Assembly (NCBI GenBank): GCA_950097015.1
Contig: CATNEN010000039.1
Location: 14,322,001 to 14,386,000 of the forward strand
Reading direction: 5' to 3'
Source of the DNA: Macrostomum hystrix
Taxonomy: Eukaryota; Animalia; Platyhelminthes
Length of the DNA stretch: 64,000 nucleotides
The notes below the pieces were generated by a model. The model made no database searches. It worked only from the letters and a program-made list of their open reading frames with translations, and was not told the origin of the DNA. Of the stretch, positions 35,701 through 48,037 are shown piece after piece (position 1 is the first letter of the stretch; the number at the start of each line of letters is the position of its first letter). A program made the position numbers and the translations under genes.

Positions 35701-38700
35701 GGAGATGAGGCGATGGGAGATCAGGCGATGGGAGATCAGGCGATGGGAGATCAGGCAACGGGAGATGAGCCGATGGGAGATCAGGCGATGGGAGATCAGG
35801 CGATGGGAGATCAGGCGATGGGAGATCAGGCGATGGGAGATCAGGCGATGGGAGATCAGGCGATGGGAGATGTGGCGACGGGAGATGAGGCAATGAGAAA
35901 TGAGGCGATGGGAGATCAGGCGATAGGAGATGTGGCGACGGGAGATGAGGCGATGGGAGATCAGGCGATGGGAGATGAGGCGATGGGAGATGAGGCGATG
36001 GGAGATTAGGCGATGGGAGATCAGGCGATAGGAGATGAGGCGATGGGAGATGAGACGATGGGAGATGATGCGATGGGAGATTAGGCGATGGGAGATCAGG
36101 CGATGGGAGATGAGGCGATGGGAGATCAGGCGATGGGAGATCAGGCGATGGGAGATGTGGCGACGGGAGATGAGGCAATGAGAAATGAGGCGATGGGAGA
36201 TCAGGCGATAGGAGATGTGGCGACGGGAGATGAGGCGATGGGAGATCAGGCGATGGGAGATGAGGCGATGGGAGATGAGGCGATGGGAGATTAGGCGATG
36301 GGAGATCAGGCGATAGGAGATGAGGCGATGGGAGATGAGACGATGGGAGATGATGCGATGGGAGATTAGGCGATGGGAGATGAGGTGATGGGTGATCAGG
36401 TGATGGGAGATGAGGCGATGGGAGATCAGGCGACGGGAGATGAGGCGATGGGAGATCAGGCAATGGGAGATCAGGCGATGGGAGATGAGGCGATGGGAGA
36501 TGAGGCGATGGGAGATGAGGCGATGGGAGATGAGGCGATGGGAGATGAGGCGATGGGAGATGAGGCGATGGGAGATGAGGCGATGGGAGATGAGGCGATG
36601 GGAGATGAGGCGATGGGAGATCAGGCGATGGGAGATCAGGCGATAGGAGATGACGCGATGGGAGATCAGGCGATGGGAGATCAGGCGATGGGAGATGAGG
36701 CGATGGGAGATCAGGCGATGGGAGGTCAGGCGATAGGAGATGTGGCGACGGGAGATGAGGCGATGGGAGATCAGGCGATGGGAGATGAGGCGATGGGAGA
36801 TGAGGCGATGGGAGATGAGGCGATGGGAGATTAGGCGATGGGAGATCAGGCGATAGGAGATGACGCGATGGGAGATCAGGCGATGGGAGATCAGGCGATA
36901 GGAGATCAGGCGATGGGAGATCAGGCGATAGGAGATGACGCGATGGGAGATCAGGCGATGGGAGTTCTCTCCCCTCAACCTCCTCCGGAGGAGGAGTTTA
37001 GCTCGTAAATATACTAATTTTCACGTGTTGTTTGTCTGTCTGTCTGTGTGTGTGTCTGTGTGTGTGTCAGTTCGACATCTCCTCCTAGAATACTGGCAAC
37101 TCAGCGTTGAAACTTATATGGGAAAATGGGAAATTTTCCGAGGAAGGCTATAGGCTATTTTAATTCTGAAATTTCAAATTCTATGATCCTCAAAAAAGCA
37201 GAAAGGCTATTAAGTAGTATATAGTAGGCAAATGTCCTTCCCGCTGTGATGAAATTGGCCTCGGTTAAATGAGTTGCGTCAACATTTTGTGCCTATCTGT
37301 TTAGTGTATTTTCTCTCCAGTGGAGGGTTGGCAGTCGGTTTGAAAATGGGGCGGAGAGGTGGCCGTACGCACATTCTAACTGTCACTGTGTATTGGCGGA
37401 GAGAGGGTGCCGCGATTTATTTCTATTGAGGGGTCTGATTTGTTCAATATTGAAGTGCGTACAATGGGCAGGGCAGAGTTGGCTGGGTTAAAATATAATT
37501 TTTTAATTTGCGGGCCTCTCAGTGTAGGCGGAGAAGAATGTACTTACTAAAAAAACTGGCTGCCCTTTGCGCTAAAGGCAATGAAATTTCAGCTGTGAAT
37601 TGTGCTTTTGCTCTTATCATTTGAAAAGAACCGAGTCGATTTGAGATCAGGCGATCGGAGCCGCGATGGGAGATGAGGCGATGGAATCCAGGCAATGGGA
37701 GATCAGGCGATGGGAGATTAGGCGATGGGAGATGAGGCGATGGGAGATTAGGCGATGGGAGATCAGGCGATTGGAGATGAGGCGATGGGAGATCAGCCGA
37801 TGGGAGATCAGCCGATGGGAGATTAGGCGATGGGAGATCAGGCAATGGGAGATGTGGCGACGGGAGATTAGGCGATGGGAGATCAGGCGATGGGAGATGA
37901 GGCGATGGGAAATCAGGCGATGGCGATGGGAGATGTGGCGATGGGAGATGAGGCGATGGGAGATGAGGCGATGGGAGACGAGGCGATGGGAGATAAGCCG
38001 ATGGGAGATTAGGCGATGGGAGATTAGGCGATGGGAGATTAGGCGATGGGAGATGAGGCGATGGGAGATTAGGCGATGGGAGATGAGGCGATGGGAGATG
38101 AGGCGATGGGAGATGAGGCGATGGGAGATGAGGCGATGGGAGATGAGGCGATGGGAGATGAGGCGATGGGAGATGAGGCGATGGGAGATGAGGGGATGGG
38201 AGATCAGGCGATGGGAGATGAGGCGATGGAAGATGAGGCGATGGAAGATGAGGCGATGGGAGATGAGGGGATGGGAGATGAGGCGATGGGAGATGAGGCG
38301 ATGGGAGATGAGGCGATGCGAGATGAGGGGATGGGAGATCAGGCGATGGGAGATAAGGCGATGGAAGATGAGGCGATGGGAGATGAGGGGATGGGAGATG
38401 AGGCGATGGGAGATGAGGCGATGGGAGATGAGGCAATGGGAGATGAGGCGATGGGAGATGAGGGGATGGGAGATGAGGCGATGGGAGATGAGGCGATGGG
38501 AGATGAGGCGATGGGAGATGAGGCAATGGGAGATGAGGCGATGGGAGATGAGGCGATGGGAGATCAGGCGACGGGAGATGAGGCGATGGGAGATCAGGCG
38601 ATGGGAGATGAGGCGAGGGGAGATCAGGCAATGGGAGATTAGGCGATGGGAGATGAGGGGATGGGTGATCAGGCGATGGGAGATGAGGCGATGGAAGATG

Positions 38701-39203
38701 AGGCGATGGGAGATGACGGGATGGGAGATGAGGCGATGGGAGATGAGGCGATGGGAGATGAGGCGATGGGAGATGAGGCAATGGGAGATGAGGCGATGGG
38801 AGATGAGGGGATGGGAGATCAGGCGATGGGAGATCAGGCGATGGGAGATCAGGCGATGGTAGATGAGGCGATGAAAGATGAGGCGATGGGAGATCAGGCG
38901 ACGGGAGATGAGGGGATGGGAGATCAGGCGATGGGAGATGTGGCGACGGGAGATGAGGTGATGGGTGATCAGGTGAAGGGAGATGAGGCGATGGGAGATA
39001 AGGCGATGGGAGATGAGGCGATGGGAGATGAGGCAATAGGAGATGAGGCGATGGGACATCAGACGATAGGAGATGATGCGATGGGAGATGAGGCGATGGG
39101 AGATGAGACGGTGGGAGATCAGGCGGGGGAAGATCAGGCGATTGGAGATCAGGCGATGGGAGTTCTCTCCCCTCAACCTCCTCCGGAGGAGGAGTTTAGC
39201 TCG
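29741..39203 (+). mobile_element. Head-to-tail array of five non-autonomous Helitron-like elements: 29741-31636, 31637-33473, 33474-34473 (5'-truncated), 34474-37005, 37006-39203
   Basis: 5' TCTAAATATACTAATT followed by a (TG/TCTG) microsatellite. Perfect 16-bp palindrome CCTCCTCCGGAGGAGG 11 nt before the 3' end CTCG, always followed by T. No TSD. Confidence 0.8.
30380..39162. repeat. 15-bp minisatellite (GGGAGAT[G/C/T]AGGCGAT)n inside each Helitron unit (blocks ~30380-31593, 32260-33431, 33565-34431, 35090-36963, 37640-39161)
   Basis: Read directly. It generates the RLISH, PHLPS, MGDEA and WEMRR pseudo-ORFs. Confidence 0.97.
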
Positions 39204-39534
39204 TTCTGACTAGATTTATCGATCGCTCTGTTTATTCTGCGGGCGAGTTTATTTAACTAGGGTTCCTGAGCCCGCTCGCGCTCCACTGTTCTTTTCGCGC
39301 TACCCTGCTCGTGAACCGACCTGTCTACCCCTCTCGTCCCGGCCACTGTTATTTGCACTAGTATTCGTCCTGTTAATTACTTCTCTACTAACATGTATTG
39401 CACCTATTGCATTGTTACCATTGAGCTCCTGCGCCTGACTAATTCATCCTGCTTGTCGTATGTCCCAGTGCGAATAAACGAAGATTAAGATAAAAGTGCT
39501 ACCGCTACACTGATTACGAGAACTCGAAACTACA
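39204..39534 (+). mobile_element. LTR-like repeat, 3' half
   Basis: Aligns with 49900-50270 (atcgatcgct, gcccgctcgcgc, gagctcct.cgcct, ataaaagtgctaccgctaca, terminal TACA). Confidence 0.75.
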
Positions 39535-40534
39535 ATTGGGATTGATTACGCCTGACTCTGTCTGCCAGTTATTTCGTCACACAATGCCAGTTTAATAACG
39601 TCACAACGGGATGGTTTGCGTAAAAAATCGTCGATTAGCTGTTGTGTCTGGCTTTGTGCATCTACTTTTGAATCTGTTAGTGTTAGAAATATTAGAGAGT
39701 AGCAAAAGCTGAAGAAGTCTATTAAGTTAAACATTAAATAAGCAGCGAGCTTTTTAAGACCTCATTAATTTTCTAGCGAGACAAGTGAAATAAGCTGACA
39801 GAAAAAACGGTAAGCGTAATAAGAGAGATTTTGCAGAGTAGTCGCAGAATCAGCTTAGAGACTCTATAGAGATTCTCTGAGAAGAGGAGTAGAGGAATAA
39901 TAAGGAAAAGTGGCGACAAAGGCCGAAATTGAACTCAGGACAGTTTCTGTCTGTTCTGTGTCATCTCTATAATATAGTTTTTGCGCAATAGTTTCTGTCC
40001 TGTTTATTAATTGTATTTGTATTGCCCCATTAAGAAGAATGCTTTGTCCTCGGTTTTTGTTTTTTAAAGTTCGTGACCATGCTTGAGTTTTATGCAATAC
40101 GTCGATTTCTAATCGGACATTACACTGCCGACTTGCAAAAGAAAATGCATTTTATGTTATAGTTTTCAGTTTCTGTTCTGCACTTTAGTCATATTCTGTT
40201 TTCACAAAAGCATGGCTGTAAGCATGGTTCTTCAGAACTTGGGGTCTGTGAATTACTTGAAGTACATTTCCGGTGAGTAAAATCTTTAAAGCTAATAATT
40301 AAAATGACTGAGTCTCTTGTAGTTTTCTACTTTTTGTCTCCAGTGTCTATCTTATTCTGGGTAAAAAAAATTGCCCTATTCTGTCTCTTAACTGCCTTTA
40401 AAATGCTTGCTACTTTACAGTCTTTTCATGACCTCACTGTTCATTTCGCAATTATGCCCACTTCCCTGCAGGAGGGCTGCTGGCAAATGACTTCATTTTG
40501 TGTCACTAGACCTGCAGCGAAGACTCCTGACAAC

Positions 40535-40665
40535 ATACTCACAAGGAATCAAGGATACCGTACTGCAGGTGTGTACGTCTGCACTGACAAGCCGCAAGCT
40601 TTCTCAGCGGCTGCGCCCCAAATTAATGCGGCTGCGGAATCGAGCTCAGGGACCATTGGCTCGAT
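40535..40665 (-). mobile_element. SINE family 1, internally deleted copy
   Basis: Reverse complement contains ggtccctgagctcgattccgc...ggggcgcagccgc...gtacacacctg. Confidence 0.7.
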
Positions 40666-40889
40666 TTAATAGGGGATCCCTGTACCGAATGCTTCTCTTA
40701 TGAATATTACAAATGAGAGGCAGCTTTCATATTCTGCTTTGGGTACTTTTTAATGTCTGTAATCTGACCTTACTTGTAATATGGCTTTGCAGGTTCTCTC
40801 AAGAATCTGTATCCCGATGTTTATCATAAATTGATTATAGAAACGACAGTTGAGCCAGATTTGCAGTCATTTCATTTCCATAGTCAGCA

Positions 40890-41091
40890 CTACACAATAA
40901 AGACATGCAGCTGGCTCAGTATTTCCGAGCCGCAGACTCGACACTGCGTCAAGCCGCTGGCGCACTCCCTGCAGAACTTGAGGTGAGTGCACGGTAGCAG
41001 CACTTGATCGCGAGGTCGTCGGCGGCAGATAAGGCACTGCGGACTGTCATCATCTTTCAGCGGCGGCTCTGTGCTTGTCAAGTTATGCTGC
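40890..41091 (-). CDS. Terminal exon encoding a C3HC4 RING finger (IAP/MDM2/Neuralized type)
   Basis: CLIC-x7-LLPCTH-x2-FC-x2-C-x6-CRVC...VFIV*, with acceptor ctaatgcAG at 41093-41092. Upstream exons not identified. Confidence 0.75.
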
Positions 41092-41842
41092 CTGCATTAG
41101 TAGAGTATGTATATTAGCAAGTTAAACGATAGTAGCTATTACTAATATACACAGGGCACTCCAGCAGCTTAATGCACAATTATATTTAGTCGTTAATCGG
41201 TTGTCTATATGTTGTTTCTTGTTTGCTGTTCTAAAAAACACAACTATAAGCAACCTGCACCTCGTGCTTCAGCATTTCTGGTTTGACAGATTATCACTTC
41301 ATTTAACATGGCGAGTTTAACAGCGACTAAGATTGATTTGATGGATGTTTCCAAATCTATTAACTTTTTTAGTCTTTGTCTGGCTCCTTGATCCTAACTG
41401 TAACTACTCGAACGTACGCGTTAGGATATATACGAGCTTAGGATTTTCGATAGAAGATTGCATTGATAAGCGGTTCGTGTGTTATACAGCGGTGTCTCGG
41501 CCTAAATAATCGATTAAAGAACAGAACGTTTTGTTGTAAACCTTCAGCTAGTATTTATCATTTTTGTCCAATTTGTGCCCTGAAGTTCATCATCATTTTT
41601 AGCTATAAGTACATTGTTAGCTGCTGGAGTACATGCAATTTTTGGCATCAAATTACTCTAAAAATGCAAATATGAGAAAAAAGAATGATATACATTCCGC
41701 GCCTATGCTGATCAGCTGTCGAAACCATGGGCCAACGCGCTGCACCAGGCAGGGTCCATTGCTCGAGCGATCAAAAATGCGAAGTTCCAGAAGGCCATTT
41801 GTATGAGCTCGTACCATTTAAAAGGTACATAACTTACCAAAC

Positions 41843-42096
41843 ATTTTATGCACATTATTAAATGCTGATTTCGTTAGATTGAACGCAACTATAAATTCAG
41901 TATTTTGAACAAAATTTTAAGAGACGACACCGCTTAGCTCATAGCTCAGTTCCCATAGCTATCCACTATTTTTATGCACATTATTAAATGCTGATTTCGT
42001 TAGATTTAACGCAACTATAAATTCAGTATTTTGAACAAAATTTTTAGAGACGACACCGCTTAGCTCATAGCTCAGTTCCCATAGCTATCCACTATT
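41843..42096. repeat. ~126-bp tandem duplication
   Basis: ttttatgcacattattaaatg...gctatccactatt occurs twice in tandem with few mismatches. Confidence 0.9.
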
Positions 42097-42742
42097 GTCC
42101 AATATTGTGGATAATCCAATTATCGATTTATTCTCAGTGCTTTTTTACTTTTAATAGCCAGAAATTACAATATTGTTATGACAGTACTTAAAATTTCTAC
42201 CCCTAGTACAGTTTCAATAAGGCCCAAGCAGCATTATGATACTTAAGCATGACAATCAAAACATTAATTAATTTAATTTTATAGTCAAGTAGCCCAGTCC
42301 TAGAAAACGGAATGGCAAGCATTAAGTAGTAAAGAAATTACAATTCTTACGAGTATGCACAGTGCGTTCTTGTACAAGTGCTAGTATTTCTTAACATATG
42401 CAAATATATATTAAAACTGGATTAAGATTCGAAAAAATACAAAGTGCTTACAAAAACTTAACGGTCTCTCAACGATCGCGAAAATGAGAACAGGATTTTA
42501 CAGTTAACTATCCATTTTTAGTCACATTATTGCACAAATAAAGCTAAACTGTCTAAAAAACTGTCGTTTTAATTGGCAGAAATCGCACAAGATTTAAATT
42601 TCGTATTTCTCACGCTTGTCTACATGGTTTAGCCTTTTGTATAATAGTAAAAATTAGAAAATTCTGAAATAATGTGGATTTTATGTGTCATTGTGTCATA
42701 TTATATGTTCATCAAAATATCCAAGATCATTCCGAAAAACAA

Positions 42743-44990
42743 TCATCCTTGATAGCAGCTTGTCAGTCGTCGGCGACTGCTGATCACAATCGCGACGTCC
42801 AGGACGCAGAGACAGCCGAATCCAATAAATGTGGACAAGCCGAGGACGCAGAAGGACAGCTTGTAGGATCCCGTGACGTCACGAATGCTGCCAGCCAGCG
42901 GTGGTCCGATCGCTACGCCGACGCCACGGCAAAGGACAAGCAGGCCGATTCCTGTGCGGCAGTTCTCCCGTCCGATCAAATCGGCCAGGACGCAGTAGAG
43001 CTGGCTCATGAAGAGGCCCGAGGTCAGACCGAACGCAGCCGAGACAAACATGAACGGGACCAGGCTGCTAATAAGAGCAAAGGCGGCGATGCTTGACGCT
43101 GTGAGCAGTATGCCCATGCTCCAGAAGCGTCTGCGCTGCTGCACCAGGCACTGCATGTCGAACAGCAGACCGAAGCCAAACCGGGATATTGTATCGAAGG
43201 CACCTAGGTGATGCATTTGATACTTTAAAAATAAAGAAGCACTGTAACACATGAGCGTACCGCACCACTTACCCGAAATTGAGATCAGCAGCACGGAGGT
43301 GGTTTCCGTCAGTCCCATCTGCTCCGCGTAGTGCGGAACAATCACGGCGACTGGCTTAAAGCCAGCTGATATGAAAAAAGTGGCGACTGTGAACACGCTG
43401 AACTGCCAGTTTGAAAACAGATGCAGTTCAAAGCTCTCCAAAAACTGCGCGATGAACTCACTGGAGACGCTGCGACGCTTGCCTCCCGAGTCTGCACTTT
43501 TGGACAACAAGGAATGTTTCTCATCAGTTTCCCCATCAGAGTCATCATCAGCCTTCGAGTCCGTTGGGCCCTCGAGTGCAAAATTACTGTCTTGCTTGTC
43601 GGTAATCGGTGCACTCTTCTTGAGCGTCTCGCTTTTGAGTCCAGCCTTCTCAGATACGCCACCACAGCAGCCAGCTTCAGCTCGCTCGCTTCCATGAAGC
43701 GCTGACGACTCGTCCTGATGTTCGGGTAGTGGATACAGCAGCGCCCCACATACGAGTAGGTTGAGTGACAGTGCGCTCAGAATGAGCATGCATCCGCGAA
43801 ATGAGTACACCTGGATGAGAAAATGTGTGAGAAGAGGCAGCACGAAACTGCCGATTCCGGTACCAGCAGTCGCCAGGCCGAGAGCTATGGCCTTGCGCTT
43901 GCAGAAGTAGTCGTTTATTGCCAACAGACCCGCTGTGTAGGCCAGTCCATTGCCGACTCCCGTCATTAAGCCGAGGGTGAGGTAGATGAGCAGCAGACTG
44001 TGAGAAAAGGAGCTCAGCAACAGTCCCAGGAATGAAATTATTCCTCCGGCCATTGTGACGGAGCGAGAGCCGAAGTACTTGCACAGAACGCTAGTCATAG
44101 GACCTAGAAGAAAGTATATTTCGTCTAAGTTTTTTTACGGAATCTAATGCTTGAAGCTGTCAAGTGCAAACAAAGCTGCCGAGGTCCGTCTTTCAAGTAT
44201 AGGGCAGAGTTCATTTCAAATTTATTTTATAAGTTAACTTTTTTTCACTCTCTGAAATGTGGTTTTACTAAGTTTTCCACTTGAATTAAAATGCCTATGA
44301 TCAAAAGCGTATCTGTTTCTCCAGTATAGACTTGACTGCAGTTTGTTCTATAACTTTCAACCCCATTTCAACCTCTAGAGCTCGTATTGTTGCGTTCGAT
44401 TTAAGTCTTTTGAAGTCGTCTTGGGTATAGTGCTGATTAAAGTTTTTCCAGATGGCTGCTAATACGTATAAAAAGAGATACAAGCGTCCTCAACTGTTTA
44501 AAAATCCAGTCTCTGTTCCCCAGTGCAACATTCGCAACGCATTGCAAAAACTTGAATCAAGCGAGAGGGACATAAAACCCATAACCAAGGCCCTCACATG
44601 GACTGGCAACAGATTCTTCAGTAGGCCTATTCTTCATTGATTCTATCACCGATTCCTTTAAACTAGTAGCGACTTTTGGCTATTTGCAAGGCCAACATTC
44701 GAACCATTTCTTCTGCAACCACCCAGTAATTAGCGTCTCAGCATAGGCTTTCTCTGTAGCGAAGTGATTGATCCTGGGCAGTTGTACTTACCAACTAGAC
44801 ACTTCGAGGAGAACAACAGAGCAGCAAATCCAGCAGTTGAAGCCGACGAGAGCTGCATTTCCTCCAGAATTTCTCGATAGAAAACTCCGCTGGCCCGGTC
44901 GAGTCCGCCAGTCAGAAAGTGCATTAAGTGCGCGGACAAAGCCACCATCCAGCCCCAGTCACCATCGAGAGCTTTGCCTTGCGTCTTCAT
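42743..44990 (-). CDS. Monocarboxylate transporter (SLC16/MCT family), paralogue 3; exons 44990-44792, 44103-43273, 43203-42743 (~496 aa)
   Basis: DGDWGW, YFCKRK, FDTISR, GPPLAG. GT-AG introns at the conserved positions; 1491-nt frame. Confidence 0.92.
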
Positions 44991-45534
44991 GATTTTTAAT
45001 TGAACGATTGTGGCTTTTTGTTGAAACTAAAAAGAGTATAGTGTAGCATTTAGCAAGCGAATCAATTATACGAGCAAGAAATTTATTCAGATTAGGAAAA
45101 TCCTACGTAATCTGCGTATGGTAAATTGGTATATGTATACTATAATGCCCTCTAATTTTGCGTTCTATGGAAAATAAAGTTCGGCCATAGAACAAAATTT
45201 ATGAAATATAAAATACGATTGCTTATTTAATCTTTAAAAAATTGTACTGTTCTGAGCCGGGAATGTGTTGTCTATGGTAATTTTTAGTGAGATTATTTGA
45301 CAAAAACTAGGATATTATATCATAAAATCTCCTCGAAATAAGGAGCATTATATGGAACATTGAAGTGAACTTTGAATTAGGCTTTTACGTTTTGCCACCA
45401 CTGACTGACTGGCTGCTTCGTGACTTCGTGAGAAATTTATTTTTTGTCTATGGTCGGAATCATATGGTCTAAACCTATATGTCTATCACTCAGATGGGAT
45501 GCCCCCGAAAATAAGCAATCGAATTTCATATATG

Positions 45535-45679
45535 ATAAACGCCGTTTAATTCATCATAGTCTATGGTTAGAATATCCTCGGCTGCAATCAATGGTCCTCG
45601 GCTCGCTACGCTCGCCTCGAGACCATTAAACGCAGCGTCGGACATTCTAACCACAGAATGTGAATTAAACAGCATTTAT
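45535..45679. mobile_element. ~145-bp palindromic (hairpin) MITE-like element
   Basis: Arms ataaacgccgtttaattca...tggttagaat...gctgc...aatggtc pair with gaccatt...gcagc...attctaacca...tgaattaaac...tttat around a central ctcggctcgctacgctcgcctcg. Confidence 0.7.
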
Positions 45680-47430
45680 TATTTACCTAATAAAAGATAG
45701 TCCTTGTCCTAGTCCTTAAATCGTTTCGCAGTCCTCGTTTTTAGGACTGAGAAATAATTTTAATTACTGCCATTCTGCCTTCTTTTTGACAATGCTCGTG
45801 TCCACTGGAATCAGCTAGGCGTCAGCTAGGCGACAGGAACGCTGCCAACGCACTTGGCATCACTCTACAAGAACACCGCTGTCACACAGCCTCACTGCGA
45901 AGCCTGGCATCGTGAGAGCCTTCGGTACATACCCGCTGCATTTCCATAGAAGAAATAGTTGATTAAATTCAAAAGGTTTGGGTTCTATTTTTGTTTGTGT
46001 TGTTTTTGTTTAAGCTTTCTTCTCACGGCTATAACAACTAAATAAAAATCACTTTGACATTATAAAAGTTACAAAAGACGGATTTAGAGGGAATCGATTT
46101 CATTTCTTAAATATAGTCTACGGTAAACCCCGAGTGCTGACTAAATCAAACTCACATTTCTAGGACTGAGCTGGCCAAAGACTAAATAAATTTCACTTAT
46201 GTCATAAAAACGTTAAAAGGTATACTTTCGGATTAAATGATGAGCTCATTAGGATGTCTTACGCATAAACTATTCTTAACAAGCGAAATCCATACCTATG
46301 GATTTTCATTCTGTTTCGAGCTGCTATTTACGGAGAGCATCAAAGCTAAATTTATTTTGCTGCTAAAAGCCACACAATATTCTCAATACGAAATTAAAAA
46401 CAAATTTAAATATTTGTTTCACAATTTCCACTTTCAAAGCTAGTAGCTGCAAGTTATCAAATGATGCGTACTATTTTACGACTCAACCATGCAGCTACGC
46501 AGTTTACACAGTAAAGAGCGTAAAGATCGTAAAGTAAAGTGCCAGTGTAATCTGACAGAGAGCAAGCCTGGCAAGCAGTACAGTATGCACATAATACCTT
46601 AGTGCGTCCAAAAAGTTCTTAGACAACCCTAATATCTCTGCATGTGTTCGACCGATTTTGATGAACAAAGACAAAATCATAAATTAATATGTAATGAATT
46701 CAGCGCTTAAGTTTTAACTTACTCGTAGTCTGGTGGACAGAAAAAAGCTATCAATCATTTACTAAATAACCAACGAAATTAGCAATACGATTTTTTAAGA
46801 GCATCGAATAGGGACGCCAAGTGGCATGTCGCATCTGGTCTTTGAAATGGATCAGCAAAATATCTGATGGTTAATCTTAAAGCTTTCGCCAGGTACTCGT
46901 ATTAATCATTAATTGCAAGCTGTGTGGGCTTAGTCATAGATTATAAAGAGCGAAAAATGAAAATGTAAAATGAAAAACACTCGCAGTTACCACAGAATTC
47001 ACAGTTATATTGTATTCTGTGATAGTTACCTTATTTCAAATATTTTTGTAGACTTGTAGCGGCAGAACAGATTGCAGAAGTGCAGCTAGCTAATTTCAAT
47101 AGAACATCGTCGAAACTTTTTCTCCACGAAATCAATCGCCTTGGCCGTAGAAATGTCTCTGATAGTTGAAAAATGCAGTTTTTATACCGGGAATCCAATC
47201 AACCAATCAAAACAGACTATATTGCAGTACATTCTCCCATTAGACATGCGCGCTCTGGCGCACAACAGTAGAGACAGTTGGGCATAATTACTGGGGCATT
47301 CAAAGTTCCCAAATCTTCTGTGTCGATTCTTTTTTCGTACTATGCATCAGTTAAAAACGAATGCACCGACCCAGGCCACCCTGGGGGATATATGGGACCA
47401 GCTACTGATTTCAGTCGATTTGGTTCGAAT

Positions 47431-48037
47431 CACTTTTGATTCCTGCCACTTTTGATTCCTGCCACTTTTGATTCCTGCCACTTTTGATTCGTGCCACTTT
47501 TGACTCGTGCCACTTTTGATTCGTGCCACTTTTGATTCGTGCCACTTTTGATTCGTGCCACTTTTGATTCCTGCCACTTTTGATTCGTGCCACTTTTGAT
47601 TCGTGCCACTTTTGATTCCTGCCACTTTTGATTCGTGCCACTTTTGATTCCTGCCACTTTTGATTCCTGCCACTTTTGATTCTTGCCACTTTTGATTCCT
47701 GCCACTTTTGATTCCTGCCACTTTTGATTCGTGCCACTTTTGATTCGTGCCACTTTTGATTCCTGCCACTTTTGATTCCTGCCACTTTTGATTCGTGCCA
47801 CTTTTGATTCGTGCCACTTTTGATTCCTGCCACTTTTGATTCCTGCCACTTTTGATTCCTGCCACTTTTGATTCCTGCCACTTTTGATTCCTGCCACTTT
47901 TGATTCGTGCCACTTTTGATTCGTGCCACTTTTGATTCCTGCCACTTTTGATTCATGCCACTTTTGATTCCTGCCACTTTTGATTCCTGCCACTTTTGAT
48001 TCCTGCCACTTTTGATTCCTGCCACTTTTGATTCCTG
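47431..48037. repeat. 16-bp minisatellite (GATTC[C/G]TGCCACTTTT)n, ~38 copies
   Basis: Read directly. Confidence 0.97.

Noticed and set aside
30260-39209. Long ORFs (RLISH, PHLPS, MGDEA and WEMRR repeats, up to 643 aa)
   Set aside because: They are by-products of a 15-bp (3n) minisatellite that is open on both strands inside a Helitron-like repeat; there is no evidence of coding constraint.
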